A stretch of DNA of 64,000 nucleotides from an uncultured beta proteobacterium (GTDB taxonomy: Bacteria > Pseudomonadota > Gammaproteobacteria > Burkholderiales > Casimicrobiaceae): contig CAWFYA010000002.1 of NCBI GenBank assembly GCA_963819965.1, positions 639,108 through 703,107 on the forward strand, given 5' to 3'. This document shows, in pieces, positions 58,018-64,000 of the stretch (positions are counted from its first letter, which is position 1; every line of letters starts with the position of its first letter). Below the pieces are notes generated by a model. That model did not search any database, was not told the origin of the DNA, and saw only the letters and a list, made by a program, of their open reading frames with translations. The translations under genes and the position numbers were made by a program.

Positions 58018-58485
58018 ATGCGTATTCCACCGTCGGTCCATGTGGTTCTTTCACCGTCCCTCATCACCGGAGTCGGCATCGGTGTTCTCGCGGTGGCCAC
58101 GCTGGCCTTGACGGTCGCACTGCCCCTGCCGCCGATCCTTCAGTGCGGCCTCGCCGCGGCTATCGTGGCATGGGCCGGCTGGTGCTTCCAGGTCGATGCG
58201 TTGCATCGCGGCGCATTCGCGGTCACCGAAGTGCGGGTGGCGCCCGATCTGGTCCTCGTGGCCTGCATGGGCGATGGCCGGCTGGCAGCGGGTCACGTGC
58301 GCGCAGCTACCTATGTTGATGCCTGGCTCACGACTATCGTCTGGCGTCCGGACGGCGCGCGCTGGTCGCGCGCGATTCTCATCCTGCCCGACATGCTACC
58401 GGCGGAGGATTTCCGGCGGCTGCGCGTCATGTTGCGCTACGCGCGCAGCGCCGAAGTGCAGGGGGCGCCAGCAAGCCAAGCCTGA
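58018..58485 (+). CDS. YgfX/CptA-like small membrane protein
   Basis: Two N-terminal TM helices and C-terminal ILPDMLPAEDFRRLRVMLR. Confidence 0.65.
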   Translation: MRIPPSVHVVLSPSLITGVGIGVLAVATLALTVALPLPPILQCGLAAAIVAWAGWCFQVDALHRGAFAVTEVRVAPDLVLVACMGDGRLAAGHVRAATYVDAWLTTIVWRPDGARWSRAILILPDMLPAEDFRRLRVMLRYARSAEVQGAPASQA

Positions 58486-59243
58486 CAATCGAGCAGGGCG
58501 CCGCTGTCAGCCTTGCTCTGGCCCGCCAGCAGATGCAGGTACAGGGGCAGCAGAGACTCGGGAAGCGGCAGCGAAGCGCGGTCCTCGCCCGGATGCGACT
58601 GATTGCGCAATGGCGAGCGAATCGGCCCCGGAATCACGGCATTGATGCGCAAGTTTGCGCGATGTTCCCACTCGTCGGCGAGTTCGCGCGCCAGCGTCGC
58701 GACGCCGGCCTTGGTGACCGCATAGCCACCCCAGTAAGCGCGCGGCTGCTCGCCGCGATTGTCGAGCGTGAACACCACGGCTGCATCCGGCGCGGCATTG
58801 AGGAGCGGCATCAGAGCGCGCGTCAGGCCCATCGGTGCCGCGACGTTCACCCGCAACAGCGATACCCAGCTGTCGAACGACTGGTGTTCGATCGGTCCCA
58901 GCGATCCCAGCAGTGCGGCGGTGTGGATCAGGCCATCCAATCGACCCAGCTGCGCGCGCAGGGCACTTTCGACATTGGCGAAATCCGACGCCTCTGCCTT
59001 GGCCAGGTCGAGTGGCAGGATGATCGGCTCAGGATGGCCCGCCGCGAGAATTTCGTCGTACAGAGCGTCCAGCTTGCGTTCGATTCGCCCGTGCAGGACA
59101 ACGGTGGCGCCTTGGGCAGCACACGCCTTGGCCAATGGCGCCCCCAAGCCGCCCGTGGCGCCCGTGATGAAGATCACCCGCTCCGCAAGAGCGGCGCCTG
59201 GGGCGATGGCGGAAGGCGAGGGCAGCGAGTGCGACGTTGTCAT
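58437..59243 (-). CDS. SDR oxidoreductase, YciK-like
   Basis: TGATGGLG, YWGGYAVTK, INAVIPGPIRSPLR..SHPGED. Confidence 0.85.
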   Translation of the reverse strand: MTTSHSLPSPSAIAPGAALAERVIFITGATGGLGAPLAKACAAQGATVVLHGRIERKLDALYDEILAAGHPEPIILPLDLAKAEASDFANVESALRAQLGRLDGLIHTAALLGSLGPIEHQSFDSWVSLLRVNVAAPMGLTRALMPLLNAAPDAAVVFTLDNRGEQPRAYWGGYAVTKAGVATLARELADEWEHRANLRINAVIPGPIRSPLRNQSHPGEDRASLPLPESLLPLYLHLLAGQSKADSGALLDCQAWLAGAPCTSALRA

Positions 59244-59299
59244 GGGCAGCGATCATAGCCGACTCGGACAATTCCCTTGACCGGCAACGTGCGCACGGT

Positions 59300-59328
59300 T
59301 TGCCAACGATGCGCCAAAAAGCTATACT
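59300..59328 (+). promoter_or_regulatory. sigma70 promoter of tRNA-Ala/tRNA-Glu
   Basis: TTGCCA-17 bp-TATACT directly upstream of tRNA-Ala. Confidence 0.75.
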
Positions 59329-59342
59329 TTGAGGCTGTCCGT

Positions 59343-59418
<76 letters not shown>

Positions 59419-59463
59419 ACGACATACGAAATCGGCCTCGGTTCGGGGCTGCTGCAACACTTA

Positions 59464-59539
59464 GTCCCCATCGTCTAGAGGCCTAGGACACTACCCTTTC
59501 ACGGTAGGTACGCGGGTTCGAATCCCGCTGGGGACGCCA
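59464..59539 (+). tRNA. tRNA-Glu(TTC)
   Basis: GTCCCCATCGTCTAGAGGCCTAGGACACTACCCTTTCACGGTAGG...GGGGACGCCA; 76 nt. Confidence 0.97.
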
Positions 59540-59549
59540 ATAAAATCAA

Positions 59550-59602
59550 TGTACGGCCCGGATACATAGGTGCCATTGCGTACCTAAGACATGGGTGACA
59601 CC
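59550..59602 (+). mobile_element. Orphan IS481-like terminal sequence (no transposase)
   Basis: Starts TGT and carries two imperfect 12-bp direct repeats 25 bp apart (ACATAGGTGCCA 59564-75, ACATGGGTGACA 59589-600). Family assigned from recalled resemblance to IS481 ends. Confidence 0.5.
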
Positions 59603-59747
59603 CGCGTGCCGAACGGGTTGTCCAAAGGTTGCAGGGTTTTCTGCTCCAAGTCCCGTACGGCTCGCCTCGCGTCGTCCACAAAGCAGAGGGCGGTGACTGC
59701 GGCGCATACCCTGTCTTTGATGGACTTCAGGCGAATTTATTGCGGAG

Positions 59748-61197
59748 CTACGAACCCGCTGCCGCCATAGCGGCGGGCGGGCCTGGCTCCAGCTTTCGCG
59801 GCAGAGTCAGGATCGCCTCCAGGCCACCGCCCTCATGATTGCGGAGGCGAACGTCTCCTCCATGCGCCTGAGCGATGTTTCGCGCAATGCTGAGGCCGAG
59901 TCCCGTTCCGCCTGTATCGCGGCTGCGTGAGCCTTCGAGGCGGTAGAACGCTTCGAAGACCTTGTTGATCTCACTCTCTGGTATTCCAGGACCGTGGTCG
60001 CGTACTCGAATGGTCAACACGTCAGCCCCTTCCTCGACCGCAATCTCCGCTCGTTGACCGTAGAGGACCGCGTTGTCGATCAGATTCGAGAGGCAGCGCT
60101 TGAGCAGTTGCGGTTCCCCCTTCAGGGGTTTGGTAGCGCGGCCGCCGATGGTGACGATCCGCCCCATGGCCTCGTTGTCGGCCTGCAGACTTTCGAGCAG
60201 TCCCATGATGTCGATGAGTTGTGTTGGCTCGCGGTTGGAGAGGCCGCGCATGAACTCCAGCGTCTGCGTCACCATCGTTTCCATTTCCAGCAGATCGGAC
60301 TCGAATTTCTGGCGCAGACTCGTCGTCCTCCAGCAATTCGGCGCGCAGTCGCATGCGTGTCAGCGGCGTCTTTAGATCGTGGGACATGGCCGTGAGAAGG
60401 CGCGTTCGCTCGTCGATGAAGTGGACGAGGCGAGTCTGCATCGTGTTGAAGGCGTGGGCGGCGCGGCGGACCTCGGCCGGGCCGCCCTCCGGCAACGGCG
60501 GGCGGTTGATGTCGCGCCCGAGGTCGTCGGCGGCTGTGGCGAGCAGTTGGAGCGGACGCGTGACCCAGCGTACCGCAATGTAGGATAGGAGCAGCACGGC
60601 AGCGAGCAGGGTCGCAAGGGTCAGCAACACCCGCCAGGGCAGAGACGCCGATTCCTGGGTGACCTGGGTGTCGAAGGTCGCCCACGTCCCGTCCTGCAGA
60701 CGGACCTGGATCAGGAACGAAATCCCGTCCGGGGGGAAGCGGTGCATGCCCGGTCCGCCCATCGGTCCGCCGCCCATGGGGCCTTGGCCGCGCCCTCGTC
60801 CCGCGCCGGGCGCCCATTCGGGAGGTGTACCGCTCATGGCCACCCGAATCGGCCGGTCGTCACCCAGCGCGGTGCGCAGTACCGAGGAAAACATCGCAGC
60901 GCGAGCCCCGCCCGTCGCCATCGAGCCCTCGGAGGAGGGCGTGCGATTCAGCGAGACTACCAGTGGCGGCACGTTCAGAATGCCGACTATCCGTTCTCGC
61001 TCGACCGGGCTCAGCGAATCCAGCAGCGTGACGATGTCGGCGATCCGTTGCGCCGGCTGCATGCCGCTCGCGCGGACGAGCAGGGAGTCGCGCTCGACCA
61101 GGTTGATCGCCGCGCTTAACAGCTGCGCGACGATGAGTCCGCTTGCCAGCACGAGCATCAGCCGGCCAAACAGCGACCCCGGCAGCAGGCGCATCAC
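59748..61197 (-). pseudogene. Sensor histidine kinase (HAMP-HisKA-HATPase) split by a +1 frameshift at about 60318
   Basis: 5' ORF has TM, HAMP and H-box SHDLKTPLTRMRL; 3' ORF has LIDNAVLYG, DHGPGIP, GTGLGL. Removing one base gives LLEDDE-LRQKFESDLLEMETMV and a 482-aa protein. Confidence 0.85.
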
Positions 61198-61916
61198 GTC
61201 GCTTCCGTCACGGTCACGGCGAGCACGTAGCCTTCGCCGCGCACGGTCTTGATCAGCCGCGGCTCGCGCGGATCGTCGCCCAATCGATGCCGCAGGCGGC
61301 TCACCTGCACGTCGATGCTGCGGTCGAGTGGGTCCGCCTCCTTGCCTTGCGTGAGGTCGACCAATTGGTCGCGATTGAGCACGCGATTCGGGTGACTCAG
61401 GAAGATGCGCAGCAATCGATACTCGGCACCGCTCAACGGCGTCACGACGTTTGTTGCGGAAACGAGTTGCCGCTGCGCGGTATCGAGCACCCAGTCGGCG
61501 AAGCGGATGTGCCTGACGCTGTCCGGTTGAAGGTTCTCAGGCAGGCTTCGCGCACGGCGCAGGATCGCCTTGATGCGCGCCAGCAGCTCGCGGGCACTGA
61601 ACGGCTTGGCCAGATAGTCGTCGGCGCCCATCTCCAACCCGACGATCCGGTCAGTTTCCTCGCCGCGCGCCGTGAGCATGATGACCGGCGTGTCTGACTT
61701 TGCGCGCAGGTTGCGGCACAGGGTCAGGCCATCGTCGCCGGGGAGCATCAGGTCGAGCACGATCAGGTCGATCCGTCCGGCATCGAGGGCTTGCCACATG
61801 CCACGGCCGTCAGCGACGGCCGTGACGCGCAGGCCGTTCTTCACCAGATACTGGCTCAGCAGGCTGCGGATTTCGGCGTCGTCATCGACGATCAGAATGT
61901 GGTCGGGCGCGTCCAT
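61194..61916 (-). CDS. OmpR family response regulator
   Basis: ILIVDDD, IVLDLMLPG, GADDYLAKPF, RSIDVQVSRLR, KTVRGEGY. Confidence 0.95.
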   Translation of the reverse strand: MDAPDHILIVDDDAEIRSLLSQYLVKNGLRVTAVADGRGMWQALDAGRIDLIVLDLMLPGDDGLTLCRNLRAKSDTPVIMLTARGEETDRIVGLEMGADDYLAKPFSARELLARIKAILRRARSLPENLQPDSVRHIRFADWVLDTAQRQLVSATNVVTPLSGAEYRLLRIFLSHPNRVLNRDQLVDLTQGKEADPLDRSIDVQVSRLRHRLGDDPREPRLIKTVRGEGYVLAVTVTEAT

Positions 61917-62132
61917 GGTGCGATTTTCAGACGGTTCGGATCGCGCCGGGCAGGAGAAAAGTAACGCAGTGTGTCATTCGGCGGGTTCGTTGCAGTGCGC
62001 TACCAAAAGGTCCCGCCTTGACATGCTGCGCTTACACGGAGGTGCTGAAATCATAACCGTAGCAAAGGCCAATCCAGCAAATTCGCCGAATGTCCTTTGC
62101 ACAGATCCGCTACCGCCTATTGGAGATTCATC

Positions 62133-62690
62133 ATGAAGAGAAATCACAGTCTTATCGCTGGTGTCGTCACCGGAGTGGCGCTGGCCGTTGCTGCTGCCGC
62201 CTATGCACAACCGTATGGTGGCATGGGTCAAGGTTACGGTCCCGGTATGGGGATGGGCCAAAGTTATGGTCCCGGTATGGGGATGGGCCAAGGTTATGGT
62301 CCCGGAGCGGGGATGGGCCACGGTCAGGGGCCAATGACAGGTGTGGATGTTGCTGCAATGGCTGATGCGCGCTTGAGCGACCTGAAGACGCAGCTCAAGA
62401 TCACCACGGATCAGGAAGCCGCATGGCAAGCCTACGCGACCCAGGCGAAAGCGCAGGCGGCAAGCATGCAGGCGCTGCGCACCCAGATGCTGCAGGACAC
62501 GGGTACTGCGCCGGAACGCATGGCGCAGCGCGCGACGGCCATGCAGCAGCGTGCCGCCGGGATGGCGACGATGACCAACGCGTTCGGGGCGCTCTATGCC
62601 GTGCTGACACCGGAGCAGAAGGCCATCGCCGATCAGTATGTCGGAATGGGGGGGCACCGCGGAATGGGATTCCGTCGGCGAGCCAGCTGA
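62133..62690 (+). CDS. Spy/CpxP (LTXXQ) family periplasmic protein
   Basis: Signal peptide (AAAAYA), G/M-rich repeats, LKITTDQ and LTPEQK motifs; SD GGAG; divergent from the regulator. Confidence 0.85.
   Translation: MKRNHSLIAGVVTGVALAVAAAAYAQPYGGMGQGYGPGMGMGQSYGPGMGMGQGYGPGAGMGHGQGPMTGVDVAAMADARLSDLKTQLKITTDQEAAWQAYATQAKAQAASMQALRTQMLQDTGTAPERMAQRATAMQQRAAGMATMTNAFGALYAVLTPEQKAIADQYVGMGGHRGMGFRRRAS
62220..62330 (+). repeat. 30-bp tandem coding repeat, about 3.7 copies (GMGQGYGPGM)
   Basis: Units at 62220, 62250, 62280 and a partial unit at 62310. Confidence 0.9.
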
Positions 62691-62702
62691 TCGAGGAGGG
62701 CG

Positions 62703-62731
62703 GGGCATCCGGCGCCACGCGCCGGATGCCC
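62703..62731. terminator. Perfect 13-bp hairpin between convergent genes
   Basis: GGGCATCCGGCGC-CAC-GCGCCGGATGCCC; no clear U-tract; a second hairpin CAGGAAC/GTTCCTG lies at 62736-62758. Confidence 0.55.
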
Positions 62732-62844
62732 GTCTCAGGAACCGCGTGTTAGTTCCTGGCGATGACCGAATGCATCGCGATCAATAGCCCGAGCAGGGGA
62801 TTTCAGACCGGCTGTTGACTGTCGGTATCTTCGTCAAAGACACG

Positions 62845-63153
62845 TCAGCCGCAACACTTGGTCCGAGATTCGCCTCCGCAGCATTCGCCGGCCTTTACGT
62901 CGCTTCTCGCGGCGTCGCCAGTGGTTAGCCACTGTTCGATCCTTTCGCGGGTGGGCACACCTCCCGAGTGCACGACCTTCCCGTCGACGACGACACCGGG
63001 CGTGGCCAGAATTCCGAAGCTCATGATGTCCTGGATCGCTTCGACCTTCTCCAGGGTGATCGCGACGCCCAGCTCCTTCGCCACCTGCTCAACGCGCTGC
63101 GTCGTCGCGCGGCAGTTGGCGCACCCGGTTCCCAGTACCTTGATCGCTTTCAT
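62845..63153 (-). CDS. Small thioredoxin-like redox-active disulfide protein (MTH895/TM0996 type) with Cys-Cys tail
   Basis: IKVLGTGCANC...GILATPGVVVDGKVVHSGGVP; tail ECCGGESRTKCCG. Confidence 0.88.
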   Translation of the reverse strand: MKAIKVLGTGCANCRATTQRVEQVAKELGVAITLEKVEAIQDIMSFGILATPGVVVDGKVVHSGGVPTRERIEQWLTTGDAARSDVKAGECCGGESRTKCCG

Positions 63154-63170
63154 GATGATGTCCCGTTGTT

Positions 63171-64000
63171 TTACAACACCGCGTTGAACACGTAGCCCAC
63201 CAGCAGGATGCCGCTCGCCACCACCCCGGCAAACGTGGCGATGAGTCGCATCTTGAGTACCTTGCGCAGGATGACCATTTCCGGCAGCGACAGTGCGATG
63301 ACGCTCATCATGAACGCCAGCACAGTGCCGAGCGCGGCGCCCTTGGCCAGCAGCGCCTCGACAATGGGAATGATGCCCGCGGCATTCGAATACATCGGTA
63401 CGCCGATCAGCACGGCGACCGGCACCGACCACCAGACATCCTTGCCCATCAGGCCGGCCATGAAGTCCTCCGGCACGTAGCCGTGGATGGCGGCCCCAAT
63501 GGCAATGCCTGCAACGACGTAGGGCCAGACCCTGCCCACGATCTCTCGTACCGATGCAAACCCGGCCTGTACGCGCTCAGCCAGCGTCACCGCGTCAGCG
63601 CCGACTGCCGCCTTGAGGCGCGGCATGTTTTTCACCCAGTCCTCGAGATGCGCCTCCATGTGCAGCCGCCCGATCACCCAGCCGGACACGATCGCTACCG
63701 CAAGGCCAAGCCCGAGGTAAAGGCCGGCGATCTTCCAGCCGAAGAGCCCGAGCAGCAGCGCGAGCGCGACCTCGTTGACCATCGGTGCCGAGATCAGGAA
63801 CGAGAATGTGATGCCGAGTGGCACGCCCGCCTGCACGAACCCGATGAACAGTGGGACCGCCGAGCAGGAACAGAAGGGGGTCACGACACCGAGTGAGGCT
63901 GCCAGGATGTTGCCCACTCCCGCGGCGCGACCCGCGAGCAGGGCCCGCGTGCGTTCGGGTGTGAAGTAGGAATTGATCATCCCCATGACGAACACGACGC
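63171..64000 (-). CDS. DUF318 permease (ArsP-like), 5' end outside window
   Basis: GVVTPFCSCSAVPLFIGF, FLISAPMVNE, VPMYSNAAG, MSVIALSLPEM. Confidence 0.88.
   Translation of the reverse strand, partial: VVFVMGMINSYFTPERTRALLAGRAAGVGNILAASLGVVTPFCSCSAVPLFIGFVQAGVPLGITFSFLISAPMVNEVALALLLGLFGWKIAGLYLGLGLAVAIVSGWVIGRLHMEAHLEDWVKNMPRLKAAVGADAVTLAERVQAGFASVREIVGRVWPYVVAGIAIGAAIHGYVPEDFMAGLMGKDVWWSVPVAVLIGVPMYSNAAGIIPIVEALLAKGAALGTVLAFMMSVIALSLPEMVILRKVLKMRLIATFAGVVASGILLVGYVFNAVL

Noticed and set aside
59603-59747. Integrase or transposase remnant after tRNA-Glu
   Set aside because: Short ORFs here (59499..59681, 59629..59838) show no recombinase or DDE motifs.
62220-62330. CRISPR array
   Set aside because: Repeats are contiguous, in frame and without unique spacers; no CRISPR array or cas gene was seen anywhere in the window.

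Overview
GC-rich bacterial chromosome window. Gene order (smc-zipA-ligA, gltX, pyrG-kdsA-eno-ftsB, ppsA/ppsR) suggests a Betaproteobacterium; this is inference, not a database result. The core holds four tRNAs (Thr-CGT, Val-CAC, Ala-GGC, Glu-TTC), two dipeptide/oligopeptide ABC clusters, an oxyR-like regulator and a sugar-catabolism cluster. Both ends are accessory regions starting at tRNA 3' ends. Left end (1-3374): an internally deleted crcB/fluC, DUF190, a HAD hydrolase, an 83-aa orphan protein with a strong RBS, and a window-truncated RRE/E1-like/YcaO fusion that the ORF track misses. This is the best candidate for an undescribed RiPP or protein-modification system. Right end (59540-64000): an orphan IS481-like end, a frameshifted histidine kinase with OmpR regulator and Spy/CpxP-like protein, and an arsP-type permease with a thioredoxin-like protein. 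Centre: a circularly permuted ATP-grasp / alpha-E / Anbu protease / transglutaminase-amidoligase operon whose upstream DNA shows an NtrC-type palindrome and a sigma54 -24/-12 promoter. Two apparent single-T insertions (about 55172 and 60318) may be real or sequencing errors. All family assignments come from motif recognition by eye; no searches were run.
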